Assembly: GCA_965232515.1 (NCBI GenBank) | Contig: CBDDPY010000002.1 | Span: forward strand, 3,136,001-3,200,000 | Direction of reading: 5' to 3' | DNA: 64,000 nt | Source of the DNA: Alphaproteobacteria bacterium | Lineage (GTDB): Bacteria; Pseudomonadota; Alphaproteobacteria; GCA-2731375 | Shown: positions 19,751 to 30,192 of the stretch, in pieces | Position numbering within the stretch: the stretch's first letter is position 1 | How the letters are laid out: each line of letters starts with the position of its first letter | The notes under the pieces: generated by a model | What the model was told of the DNA's origin: nothing | The model's database searches: none | What the model saw: only the letters and a program-made list of their open reading frames with translations | Program-made: the position numbers and the translations under genes

Positions 19751-20652
19751 CGGCGCGTCTGCCGGTCGGCCTGCGGGCGGCGCTGACCGACCTCTGGCTG
19801 GTCGGGCCAGCGACGGTCGCGATGCTGATGCTGATCTTCGTGCCGGTGCTGATCGTCGCGGTGTTGTCGTTCACGGACTACCAGTTCGGCGCGCGCAGCT
19901 TCGTCTGGATCGGGCTCGACAACTACGTGACGCTGTTCACCGACCGGATCGGCCAGCGCGCGGTAATCAACACGCTGGTTTACGTGGCGATCGTGATGCC
20001 GGCCTCGATGATCCTCGCGCTGCTTGTGGCACTCGGCGTTCACGCCGTCGCCGGGTGGAGCGGCATCCTCGCCGGCTTTCTGCGCACGGCCTATTTCCTG
20101 CCGGTGGCGGCGACGCTGGTCGCCATGGCCACGGTCTGGCAGATGCTGCTGCATCCCAATCTGGGCCTCGTCAACCAGTCGCTGGCGCTGGCCGGGCTCA
20201 GCGGTCACGCCTGGCTCTCCGACCGTGGGCTGGTGCTCTACACGCTGGCGGCGATCGGCATCTGGGAGACGGTCGGCTACAACATGGTGCTGTTCCTGGC
20301 GGGGCTGGCGGCAATCCCGCGGCACCTCTACGACGCGGCCGAGGTCGACGGCGCGCGGGCCGGCTGGGAACGGTTCTGGACCGTGACCTGGCCGATGCTG
20401 GGGCCGACAACGCTGTTCGTCGTGGTGATCACGGCGACGCGCGCCTTCCGCGTGTTCGAGACCGTCGCCACCCTGACCAAGGGCGGCCCGGGCTTCGCCA
20501 GCGACACCCTGGTCTACGCCATGTACCGGGAGGGCTTCGTCTATTTCAAGGCGGGTTATTCCAGCGCCATCACCATGGTCTTTTTCGCCTTCGTGCTGGT
20601 GCTGACGCTGACGCAGATCCGCGTGCTGGAACGGCGGGTGCATTACCGATGA
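19747..20652 (+). CDS. Carbohydrate ABC transporter permease (UgpA-like)
   Basis: TM segments, LYDAAEVDGA...VTWP. Confidence 0.92.
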   Translation: MTARLPVGLRAALTDLWLVGPATVAMLMLIFVPVLIVAVLSFTDYQFGARSFVWIGLDNYVTLFTDRIGQRAVINTLVYVAIVMPASMILALLVALGVHAVAGWSGILAGFLRTAYFLPVAATLVAMATVWQMLLHPNLGLVNQSLALAGLSGHAWLSDRGLVLYTLAAIGIWETVGYNMVLFLAGLAAIPRHLYDAAEVDGARAGWERFWTVTWPMLGPTTLFVVVITATRAFRVFETVATLTKGGPGFASDTLVYAMYREGFVYFKAGYSSAITMVFFAFVLVLTLTQIRVLERRVHYR

Positions 20653-21479
20653 GCGCGCGACGCACCGCCGGCCGGACGCTGACCACGGTTCTCCTGCTGC
20701 TGGGCGCCGGCCTGGTGCTGCTGCCGTTCGTCTGGATGATCTCGCTGTCGCTGAAACCGGCGGACGAGATCTTCGCGCCGGGCATCGACCTGCTGCCGAG
20801 CCGCATCGAATGGCGGAACTACGTCAAGGCGTTCGAGGAGGTGACGCTGCTGCAGTTCCTGCTGAACGGCGTGATCGTCTGCGGCGGCATCCTGTTTTTC
20901 CAGATCCTGATCGCCGTGCCCTGCGCCTACGCGCTGGCGCGGCGGCAGTTCTGGGCCAAGGCCCTGATCTTCGGGCTGGTGCTTGCCGGCCTGCTGGTGC
21001 CGTACCACGTGACGGCGATCCCGATCTTTCTCGGCCTCGCCGAATTCAATCTCTTGAATACCTACGCGGCGCTGATCGTTCCCTTCGTGATCTCGGTGTT
21101 CGGCATCTTTCTGTTCCGACAGTTCTTCGCCACCGTGCCGAACGATCTGATCGACGCCGCCCGCGTCGACGGCCTGAGCGAGACCGCGATCGTCTGGCGC
21201 ATCGCCTTTCCGAACGCCTGGCCGGCGGTCAGCGCATTCGCGGTGTTTTCGGTGGTCGCGCACTGGAACGACCTGTTCTGGCCGTTGATCGCGATCAGCG
21301 ATCCGGCGTTGGCGACGCCGCCGCGCGGCATCCTCTATTTCCGCGACGAGGAGGCCGGATCCGACTTCGGGCCGCTGATGGCCGCCGCCACGGTGGTGAC
21401 GGCGCCGCTGGTGCTGGGCTTTCTGCTGGCGCAGCGCCGCTTCATCCAGGGGGTGACGATGAGCGGCCTGAAGGGCTGA
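20649..21479 (+). CDS. Carbohydrate ABC transporter permease (UgpE-like)
   Basis: C-terminal part of the 19374..21479 ORF; ATG 20649 overlaps upstream stop; DAARVDG, HWNDLFWP, SGLKG end. Confidence 0.92.
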   Translation: MSARRTAGRTLTTVLLLLGAGLVLLPFVWMISLSLKPADEIFAPGIDLLPSRIEWRNYVKAFEEVTLLQFLLNGVIVCGGILFFQILIAVPCAYALARRQFWAKALIFGLVLAGLLVPYHVTAIPIFLGLAEFNLLNTYAALIVPFVISVFGIFLFRQFFATVPNDLIDAARVDGLSETAIVWRIAFPNAWPAVSAFAVFSVVAHWNDLFWPLIAISDPALATPPRGILYFRDEEAGSDFGPLMAAATVVTAPLVLGFLLAQRRFIQGVTMSGLKG

Positions 21480-21562
21480 ACCGGCAAATGAGACAAGCAA
21501 AGAGAGCGCGACAAGCGCCGGATCGACGTCAACCCGTTGAGGAGCACAACAGGAGCACAACA

Positions 21563-22825
21563 ATGAAGAAGATCATTCTTGCCGCCACGGCCTTGAGCCT
21601 CCTGGCGTTCGCGCCGGCCAAGGCCGAGGACGTAACACTGACCGTGCACTATTCGATCCCGAACCTGTGGAAGGACGTGCAGGGCAAGATCGCCGACGCC
21701 TTCATGGCCGAGAACCCCAACATCAAGATCGCCTTCGACGCGCCCGCCGAGACCTATGCCGAGGGCGTGCAGCGCCTGTTGCGCGAGTCGGTGGCGAACA
21801 ACCTGCCGGACGTCGCGTATGTCGGGTTGAACCGCTGGCGAATCCTGCAGGATCGTGGCCTCGCGGTCGAGCTGGACCCGATGATCGGTGACGCCGCCGC
21901 GTTCCAGGCCAAGGGCTACACGCCGGCCCTGCGCTCGCTCGGCCAGTACAAGGGCAAGCAATACGCGATCGCCGCCTCGGCCTCGACGCTGGTGATGTAT
22001 GTGAACCCGGATCTGGTGGCCAAGGCCGGCGGCAGCATGGATGCGTTTCCGACCGACTTCGACGGTCTGATCACGCTGGCCGCCAAGATCGACGCGCTGG
22101 GCGACACGACGGACGGCGTCTGGGTCGCGGCGCACGACTGGCGGTTCCAGAGCATGCTGGGCTCCTACGGCGGCCGGCCGATGAACGCGGACGAGACCGC
22201 GATCACCTTCGACGACAAGGCCGGCGTCAGCGCGGCGATGCTCTACTCCCGCTTCGCCAAAGAGGCCGGCATGGAAGGCTATGACGGCAACGCCGCGCGG
22301 CAGGCCTTCGCCGCCGGCACGCTCGGCATCTATATCGACAGCTCGTCGTATCTCACCCGCATGATCGAGGGCGCCGGCGACCGCTTCACGGTGACGCTGC
22401 TGCCGATCATCGTCGCGGCGCAAGACAAGAAATCCGTCTACTTCCCGACCGGCGGCTCGGCCATCGTCATGCTGACCGAAGATGCGAAAAAACAGAAGGC
22501 CGCGTGGGAGTACATCAAGTTCGCGACGGGTCCGAAGGGCGCCAAGATCGTGGTCGAGAACTCCGGCTATGCGCCGACCAACGCCATCGTCCTGGAGGAC
22601 GACCAGTATCTTGGCAAATTCTACGCCGCGAACGAAAACTCACGGCGGGCGCATGCGCAGGTCGCCGCCTATTCCGGCCCCTGGTATTCCTATCCGGGCC
22701 CCGAGGGCGTCGCCGTCACCGACCTGATCGCCGCCGGCCTGGTCGAAATCGTCGAGGGCGCCGAGCCCGAGGCCAAAATCAAGCAGGTCGCCGACGAGGT
22801 GCGGCAGAAGTTGAAGATGAACTGA
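21563..22825 (+). CDS. Carbohydrate ABC transporter substrate-binding protein (UgpB-like)
   Basis: MKKIILAATALSLLAFAPAKA signal peptide; AAWEYIKF; AGGAG RBS. Confidence 0.9.
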   Translation: MKKIILAATALSLLAFAPAKAEDVTLTVHYSIPNLWKDVQGKIADAFMAENPNIKIAFDAPAETYAEGVQRLLRESVANNLPDVAYVGLNRWRILQDRGLAVELDPMIGDAAAFQAKGYTPALRSLGQYKGKQYAIAASASTLVMYVNPDLVAKAGGSMDAFPTDFDGLITLAAKIDALGDTTDGVWVAAHDWRFQSMLGSYGGRPMNADETAITFDDKAGVSAAMLYSRFAKEAGMEGYDGNAARQAFAAGTLGIYIDSSSYLTRMIEGAGDRFTVTLLPIIVAAQDKKSVYFPTGGSAIVMLTEDAKKQKAAWEYIKFATGPKGAKIVVENSGYAPTNAIVLEDDQYLGKFYAANENSRRAHAQVAAYSGPWYSYPGPEGVAVTDLIAAGLVEIVEGAEPEAKIKQVADEVRQKLKMN

Positions 22826-22895
22826 CGGTTATTGGCGCGCGGGGCCGGATCGGCTCCGGCCTCGCGCGCCGCCATCTCTCCTTGCCTGCCGCCGC

Positions 22896-24068
22896 CTATC
22901 CGACCCGCACGACTGGTGGCTTTTTGAACAGCAGATAGTCGCCAATTCCGGTGCCCTGCCGATAAAGCGCCCGGCCGAGCGCGAGCTGGCCAGGCTCCCA
23001 TTGCCGAAGCGCCGTATCGACATCGTCGGGCGACGCGGCGAGCGCGTCCGCGAGCGCCAACGCATTGGCGGCCGCCTTCGAAGTGCTGGCGGCCGTGTGC
23101 GGGCGCGGGATGAAGGCGGCGTCGCCCAGCAGGATCACCCGGCCCTTGACCATGCTATCGACCGTCAAGTCGCGGATGGCCTGTGCAAACGGCTCAGGTG
23201 TCGCCTGGACGATGTCGCGGAACGGCGGCGGCAGCAGGTCGTCGGCTTCCTCGTAGACATTCTGCCGCCAGCGGGGCGCGAGCATGCCTTCGGGCATGGC
23301 GAAGCCGCGGTCTCGACCGTCCATGTCGATCATGATGTCGCGCAGCCGGTCTTCGCCGGCGGTGCGGTACCAGACCCAATTGTAGTAGCGCTTGCCCGCG
23401 CGCGTGTCGTTGCCGTCGCCGGGCACGAGATAGCCGAGAATGTGCGAGCCGGTGTTGTTGGCGAAGCCAAAATCGCCATGTAGACCGTCGCGCGCGGTGT
23501 CCGGCATCGCGGACTCCGGCACCAGGCCGCGCCAGGCGAGATAGCCCGCGTAGCTTGGCGTTGCCTCGGACCAAAGCAGCCGCCGCACGGTCGAGTTGTT
23601 GCCGTCGGCCCCGATCAACAGATCGCCAGTCGCTTCCGAGCCGTCGTCGAATAGGGCCGTTACCGTTCCGGCGGCATCGTCCTGATGCACGTCGACGAGC
23701 GTCCTGCCCTGGTGGTAATGCACGTCGCCGAAGGCCCGCTTCATGGTCGTGTAGATCAGCGACCAGGAGGTCTGGGTCTGCGGCGCGCGCTGTTTGCTCT
23801 CGATTGCGCCGTCGGGGCGAAAGACCGTGCGATGGCGCGAGCGCACGCCGAGGTCCATCTGTGTGGCATCGATGCCGGCGCGGCGGAAGACCTCCACCAC
23901 GTCGGGTTGCAGCACGATGCCGCCGCCCCGGCTGTCGAGGTCATGCGGCGAGCGTTCGTAGATGTCGACGTCCCAGCCGATGGCTTTCAGCATGTTGCCG
24001 GCGAACAGGCCGCCGAGCGAGCCGCCGATCACGATGGCGCGGCTGCGAATGCCGGTTCTGACTGTCAT
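22896..24068 (-). CDS. FAD-dependent monooxygenase (2,6-dihydroxypyridine hydroxylase-like)
   Basis: IGGSLGGL, IGADG..S.VR, YAGYLAWRG, LLGDAAFIPRPHTA. Confidence 0.88.
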   Translation of the reverse strand: MTVRTGIRSRAIVIGGSLGGLFAGNMLKAIGWDVDIYERSPHDLDSRGGGIVLQPDVVEVFRRAGIDATQMDLGVRSRHRTVFRPDGAIESKQRAPQTQTSWSLIYTTMKRAFGDVHYHQGRTLVDVHQDDAAGTVTALFDDGSEATGDLLIGADGNNSTVRRLLWSEATPSYAGYLAWRGLVPESAMPDTARDGLHGDFGFANNTGSHILGYLVPGDGNDTRAGKRYYNWVWYRTAGEDRLRDIMIDMDGRDRGFAMPEGMLAPRWRQNVYEEADDLLPPPFRDIVQATPEPFAQAIRDLTVDSMVKGRVILLGDAAFIPRPHTAASTSKAAANALALADALAASPDDVDTALRQWEPGQLALGRALYRQGTGIGDYLLFKKPPVVRVG

Positions 24069-24092
24069 GACCAAGTCCTCTATGCCGCCGGT

Positions 24093-24686
24093 TCAGACAC
24101 GATCGAGCGTCTGTACGGCGGCGCGTTTGGCGTCGTTGAGAACGGCGGGTGCGGCGCCGGCGCGGGCGAGCACACGGAGTCCGAAATAGACCGACATCAG
24201 ATGCCGGGCCTGACGGCGGACGGCCGATGTCGAACCGTCCCGGTCTTCGGCGATCGCCGCGGCGAGCGCGGCTTCGAGACGGTCGAGGCTGGCTTGCACC
24301 AGCTTTTCGGCCGCGGGATCGACGGGCGCCTGGTCGATGGAGGCATTGCAGACGAAGCAGCCACGGGGATCGCCCCGTCCCAACCGTTCGTCGATCGCCG
24401 ATTGCAGGAAGGCGTCGATGCGGGCGCGCGGGCGCGTGGCGTCCGACAGATCGCAGACCGCCGCATCGATATGGGTGCGGTCGTAGCGCGCGAGCGACTG
24501 GTGGTACATGGCGCGTTTGTCGCCGAAGGCGGCGTAGAGGCTGCCCTTCTTCAGGCCAGTGGCGTCGACCAGGTCGGCCATGGAGGCGCCGTCGTAGCCC
24601 TTGGTCCAGAACACCGACATGATCCGTTCCAGCGCCGCGTCGGTATCGAACTCGCGCGGCCGGCCCATGGGTTTCCGTTCACGCAT
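24093..24686 (-). CDS. TetR family regulator, NemR/ComR-like
   Basis: MGRPREFD...GSLYAAFGDK HTH; GCFVCN Cys motif; AGGAGG RBS. Confidence 0.9.
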   Translation of the reverse strand: MRERKPMGRPREFDTDAALERIMSVFWTKGYDGASMADLVDATGLKKGSLYAAFGDKRAMYHQSLARYDRTHIDAAVCDLSDATRPRARIDAFLQSAIDERLGRGDPRGCFVCNASIDQAPVDPAAEKLVQASLDRLEAALAAAIAEDRDGSTSAVRRQARHLMSVYFGLRVLARAGAAPAVLNDAKRAAVQTLDRV

Positions 24687-24704
24687 GGGTGATCCTCCTA
24701 CTTC

Positions 24705-24792
24705 TTGACCGATTGGTTTAGAATACCCATCTAGTTGCCATCGGCGGCTTCGGCCGCCCTTCATTCGCACTATATAATGACCGATTGATCAA
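24705..24792. promoter_or_regulatory. Two NemR-like operator boxes in the divergent promoter
   Basis: ttgaccgattggttta (24705-24720) and atgaccgattgatcaa (24777-24792), resembling TAGACC-N4-GGTCTA. Confidence 0.65.
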
Positions 24793-24799
24793 GATGTAA

Positions 24800-26050
<1,251 letters not shown>

Positions 26051-26071
26051 ACGACGAAACCGCCGGGCGCG

Positions 26072-27091
26072 TCAGTTCTGAACGGGACTGACGTAGCCCG
26101 GCGGTTTGACGGTGACGACCGAGCAGTCGACGCTGTTGAGCACGTCTTCGGCGGTGTTACCGATGATAAAGCCGGGCACGCCCGTCCGGGCGATGGTGCC
26201 CATGACCAGGATGTCGGCGTTCAGCGCCTGCGTCTGCTCCGGAATGACCGTCGTCGCGGGCCCGCGCACCAGATGCGGGGTCAGCGCCACCCGGGCGAGC
26301 GTCGTCTCGCCGAGCCACGTGCCGGCCGAGGCGATCAGGCGGTCGAGCGCTCGCCAGTGTTGCAGCTCGACGTCGCCGAGATAGCGGCGGACGACGTCGT
26401 CGCTGCGGCCGGTATCGGACCATTGCCGCACCAGCCCCTCGCCCGGCGCTTCCCAGGCATGCAGGACGCGCAGCACCGCGCCCTCGAAGAGCGCGATCCG
26501 CGCCGCCGTCTCGATGATCACGCGGTTGAGCGCGGCCTGCGTTTGCGGCTCGCCGGCGGCGACCTCGTCGACATCGACCGCGGCGAGCACCGTCTTCGCC
26601 GGCCGCCGCGCGTCGGCAAGACGCAGCCAGACCGGGCACGGGCATTTGCGCAGCAGATGCTGGTCAGTGCTGGCGAACAGGAAGCGGTGCAGGCCGTCCG
26701 GCGCCTCGGCGGTCTTGACCACGAGGTCGTGGTCCTCGGCCAGCACCTGGCGGATGATTTCGAGGAACGGCTTGCCGCTGCGGATGACGGTCTCGACCGG
26801 CAGGCCGGACGCGCCGCGGGCGACGTGTTGCAGCAGCCGCTCGCGGTCCTCGCCCAGTAGGCGCCGCTCGACCTCGGCGCGCGAAACGGCCGTGAACTCG
26901 GCGAGTTGCGCCAGATCGGACGCCGGCTGCCGGATGGCCAGCGCCGTCAGGCGCGCGCCGCCCGCCTCGGCCAGGTCCGCGGCCAACCGCATCGCCGCAT
27001 CGTTTTCGTCATCGAGATCGCAGATCGCAAGGATGTGTCGAAAAGAATGGACCTTGCCGGCGCGCCCGGCGGCTTGTGGGCTGTCGGTCAT
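26072..27091 (-). CDS. Universal stress protein, tandem USP domains (UspE-like)
   Basis: LLRKCPCPVW and MGTIARTGVPGFIIGNTAEDVL motifs. Confidence 0.9.
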   Translation of the reverse strand: MTDSPQAAGRAGKVHSFRHILAICDLDDENDAAMRLAADLAEAGGARLTALAIRQPASDLAQLAEFTAVSRAEVERRLLGEDRERLLQHVARGASGLPVETVIRSGKPFLEIIRQVLAEDHDLVVKTAEAPDGLHRFLFASTDQHLLRKCPCPVWLRLADARRPAKTVLAAVDVDEVAAGEPQTQAALNRVIIETAARIALFEGAVLRVLHAWEAPGEGLVRQWSDTGRSDDVVRRYLGDVELQHWRALDRLIASAGTWLGETTLARVALTPHLVRGPATTVIPEQTQALNADILVMGTIARTGVPGFIIGNTAEDVLNSVDCSVVTVKPPGYVSPVQN

Positions 27092-28806
27092 GAGACAAGT
27101 TCCTTCTGACCCTCGGGATCGCCAAGTTCGAGCGGTCGCGGCGCGCGGCCCTCCAGTACCAGCGCCGCGGCTTCCGCGGCGGCGTCGCGGAACGGCAGCA
27201 GGACCAGATCGGCGCCCGCCGCCCGCAATTGCGCCGCCGCGTCCTCGCTGTGGGCCGCGACGGCAGTGCGTCCGCCGAAGCGCAGGTCGCGCAGGCTGAG
27301 GATCAACGACCGCCGCGGGTCGTCGTGCGTCAGACCGGTCTCGTGTTCGGGCACGGCCGAAACCGCCCAGCGCACGCCGCCGAGCGGCAGATGCGCCAGG
27401 AACTCGGGATCGGTAGCATCGCCGAAGATCACATCGATGCCCAACGCCCGGGCGTGACGCACGGCGGTGGGATTGAAATCCACCCCCAGAACGCGGCAGC
27501 CGTCGCCATGCAGCTCCTGCGCGATGGCCGTGCCGTAGCGGCCCAGGCCGAACAGCACGATATCGTAGCCGCCACCGCGCGGCTGCCAGGCGTCTTCTTC
27601 GCCCGACGGCCGGCCGCGCTCGAACGGGCCGAGCAGCGGCTCCAGCCGGTCGTAGAGCTGGTGCGAATAGGTGATCATGTAGGTCGACGCCGCGATGGTG
27701 ATCAGGCCGACGAGCGTGACCAGACCCAGCGCGTCGCCGGCGACATGGCCGATCGACACGGCCATGGCCATGAAAATCAGCGAGAACTCGCTGATCTGGG
27801 CGACCGTCAGGCCAGCGAGGAAGCCGGTGCGCTTGCGGTAGCCCATGGCGCCCATGATCGCCAGCACGATCAGCGGGTTGCCGATCAGCACGAAGGCCGA
27901 GAAGACGATGGCCGGGCCGACGCTGGCGCCCAGCACGCTGAGGTCGAGCGAGGCGCCCAGCGCGATAAAGAAGAACAGCAGCAGGAAGTCGCGCAGCGAG
28001 GCAAGCCGCGCCGCGATTGCCTCGCGGAACGGCGTCGAGGCGAGCGACACGCCGGCGAGCAGGCCGCCCAGTTCCTTGCCGAAGCCGAGATAGTGGCCGA
28101 GCGCCGCGAGCATGGCCGCCCAGCCGATGGCGAACGACACCAGCAGCTCGGGCGACCGCGACAGACGCTCGACCAGCGGGCTCGCGAGGAATCGCACGAA
28201 AAGCGCGATCGCCAATAGCATCAACCCGCCATAGCCGAACACGAGCAGCACGTCGGCAAACGCCGTGTCCGCCGCGGCGCCCACGCCCAGCGCCGAGAGC
28301 ATGATCATCGCCAGCACGACGACCAGATCCTGGACGATCAGAAAGCCGAGCGCGATGCGGCCGTGCAGCGAGTCGATCTCGCGTTTGTCGGACAGCAGCT
28401 TGACGATGATGATCGTCGAGGAAAACGTCAGCGCGACGGCGATGTAGACGCTGGTCAACGCATCGAAGCCGAGCGCGAGGCCGATCAGGAAGCCGAAGAA
28501 GGTGGTGAACGCGACCTGCCCGAGCCCGGTGAGCAGCGCCACGGGGCCGAGCGTGCGCACCAGGTTGAGATCGAGCTTCAGGCCGACCAGGAACAGCAGC
28601 ACGGCGATGCCGAGCTCGGCCAGCAGATCGATCTGCGCGTCGGAGCGGGCGATGTCGAGCACCGAGGGGCCGGCGAGGATGCCGACGGCAATAAAGCTGA
28701 CGATCAGCGGCTGCCGCAGCATCAGGCCGACCGCGCCGACCGTCGCAGCCAGCACCAGCAGCGCCGCGATCTCGTAGAAGAGATAGCCGCTGATCGCCTC
28801 CGTCAT
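27088..28806 (-). CDS. CPA2 cation:proton antiporter with TrkA-N domain (Kef-like)
   Basis: FSSTIII, LIVQD, QISEFS, C-terminal GLGRYG Rossmann motif. Confidence 0.9.
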   Translation of the reverse strand: MTEAISGYLFYEIAALLVLAATVGAVGLMLRQPLIVSFIAVGILAGPSVLDIARSDAQIDLLAELGIAVLLFLVGLKLDLNLVRTLGPVALLTGLGQVAFTTFFGFLIGLALGFDALTSVYIAVALTFSSTIIIVKLLSDKREIDSLHGRIALGFLIVQDLVVVLAMIMLSALGVGAAADTAFADVLLVFGYGGLMLLAIALFVRFLASPLVERLSRSPELLVSFAIGWAAMLAALGHYLGFGKELGGLLAGVSLASTPFREAIAARLASLRDFLLLFFFIALGASLDLSVLGASVGPAIVFSAFVLIGNPLIVLAIMGAMGYRKRTGFLAGLTVAQISEFSLIFMAMAVSIGHVAGDALGLVTLVGLITIAASTYMITYSHQLYDRLEPLLGPFERGRPSGEEDAWQPRGGGYDIVLFGLGRYGTAIAQELHGDGCRVLGVDFNPTAVRHARALGIDVIFGDATDPEFLAHLPLGGVRWAVSAVPEHETGLTHDDPRRSLILSLRDLRFGGRTAVAAHSEDAAAQLRAAGADLVLLPFRDAAAEAAALVLEGRAPRPLELGDPEGQKELVS

Positions 28807-28841
28807 CGCGCGACCGCGCTCATCGACCCCCGGTCATATCG

Positions 28842-29861
28842 TCAGATCTGCATGACGATACGTCCGTCGATGCGGCCCTGCTGCATCCGGTCGAAGATGA
28901 CGTTGATGTTGTCGAGGCTGTCGGTGGCGTAATGCGCCGCGACCTTGCCCTCGGCCGCGAACGACAGCGCCTCGGCCAGATCGTTGCGGGTACCGACGAT
29001 GGAGCCGCGAATGGTCTTGCGCATCAGCACGACCTCGAAGATCGGCAGCTCGAAGCCGCCGGGCGGCAGGCCGATCAGGCTCATGGTGCCGCCGCGGGCC
29101 AGCATGCCGACCGCTTGCGCAAACGAGTCGCGCGAGACCGAGGTCACGAGCACGCCCTCGACGCCGCCGGCGCCGCCGATCTCTGCCGCGGGGTCCGTGG
29201 TGGCGGCGTTGATTACCTGATCGGCGCCCGACGCGGTGGCGAGCTTGAGCTTCTCGTCAGAGATATCGACGGCGATGACGTGCAGACCCATGGCCTTGGC
29301 GTACTGCACGGCGAGATGGCCGAGGCCGCCGACGCCGACGATAGCGACGGTGTCGCCGGGCCTGGTCTCGGTCTCCTTCAGCCCCTTATAGACCGTGACG
29401 CCGGCGCAGAGGATCGGCGCGCCCGGCGCGAAATCGAGCCCCTCCGGCAAATGCCCGACATAGCCCGGATCGGCCAGGACGTATTCGGCGAAACCGCCGT
29501 TGACGCTGTAGCCGGTGTTCGACTGCGTTTCGCACAACGTCTCCCAGCCCCCGACGCAATGCCGGCAATGGCCGCAGGCCGTGTGCAGCCAGGGCACGCC
29601 GACCCGGTCGCCCTCGCGCACCGACGTCACGCCCTTGCCGACGGCGGCGACGGTGCCGACGCCCTCGTGACCCGGGATAAAGGGCGGGGTCGGCTTGACC
29701 GGCCAGTCGCCCTGGGCCGCGTGCAGGTCGGTGTGGCAGACGCCCGAGGCCTCGATCTTGACCACGATCTTACCGTCCGCCGCTTCCGGCTTCTCAACCT
29801 CGCGGATATCCAACGGCTTCCCGAACTCGGTGACGACGGCGGCTTTCATGGTCTCGGTCAT
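28842..29861 (-). CDS. adhP: Zinc-dependent alcohol dehydrogenase AdhP
   Basis: GVCHTDLH, GHEGVG, CGHCRHC...C, GVGGLG; GGAGGGAG RBS. Confidence 0.93.
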   Translation of the reverse strand: MTETMKAAVVTEFGKPLDIREVEKPEAADGKIVVKIEASGVCHTDLHAAQGDWPVKPTPPFIPGHEGVGTVAAVGKGVTSVREGDRVGVPWLHTACGHCRHCVGGWETLCETQSNTGYSVNGGFAEYVLADPGYVGHLPEGLDFAPGAPILCAGVTVYKGLKETETRPGDTVAIVGVGGLGHLAVQYAKAMGLHVIAVDISDEKLKLATASGADQVINAATTDPAAEIGGAGGVEGVLVTSVSRDSFAQAVGMLARGGTMSLIGLPPGGFELPIFEVVLMRKTIRGSIVGTRNDLAEALSFAAEGKVAAHYATDSLDNINVIFDRMQQGRIDGRIVMQI

Positions 29862-30151
29862 CGCTTGCTCCCTCCGTGATGGTCTGGTTTTCAAGCGCGA
29901 AGCGAGCTCATATGACTCTCCGCCGCCTCCCTTCCGGCGCGCCGTGTCGTCGACACAGGCGGCGCCGCAGCTTCTTTCACGTCCCGTATTCGGCGACCTC
30001 GCGGGCGGCTAAGAACGGCTTGCGCGACACGCTCGGGTCCAACACGCCACATATGGATGGCTGCAAAGATTTCCATCGATGATTTGATCGAATTCGACGA
30101 CGACTGACAGGCTTCAATCGAAGAATTTCCCATCAACCGAAAAGTTTCTCG

Positions 30152-30165
30152 CTGATCAGGATCAA
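30152..30165. promoter_or_regulatory. FNR/FixK-type box upstream of adhP-antiporter-USP genes
   Basis: CTGAT-CAGG-ATCAA, one mismatch to TTGAT-N4-ATCAA. Confidence 0.55.
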
Positions 30166-30192
30166 CGCCATCCGACGTTTGGCGCTGTGCGG

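Noticed and set aside
19374-21479. 701-aa ORF suggesting a large fusion protein
   Set aside because: The N-terminal part is an off-frame read-through of the ATPase and permease genes in GC-rich DNA; the real permease starts at 20649. The same applies to 20810..22825 and 36879..39308.
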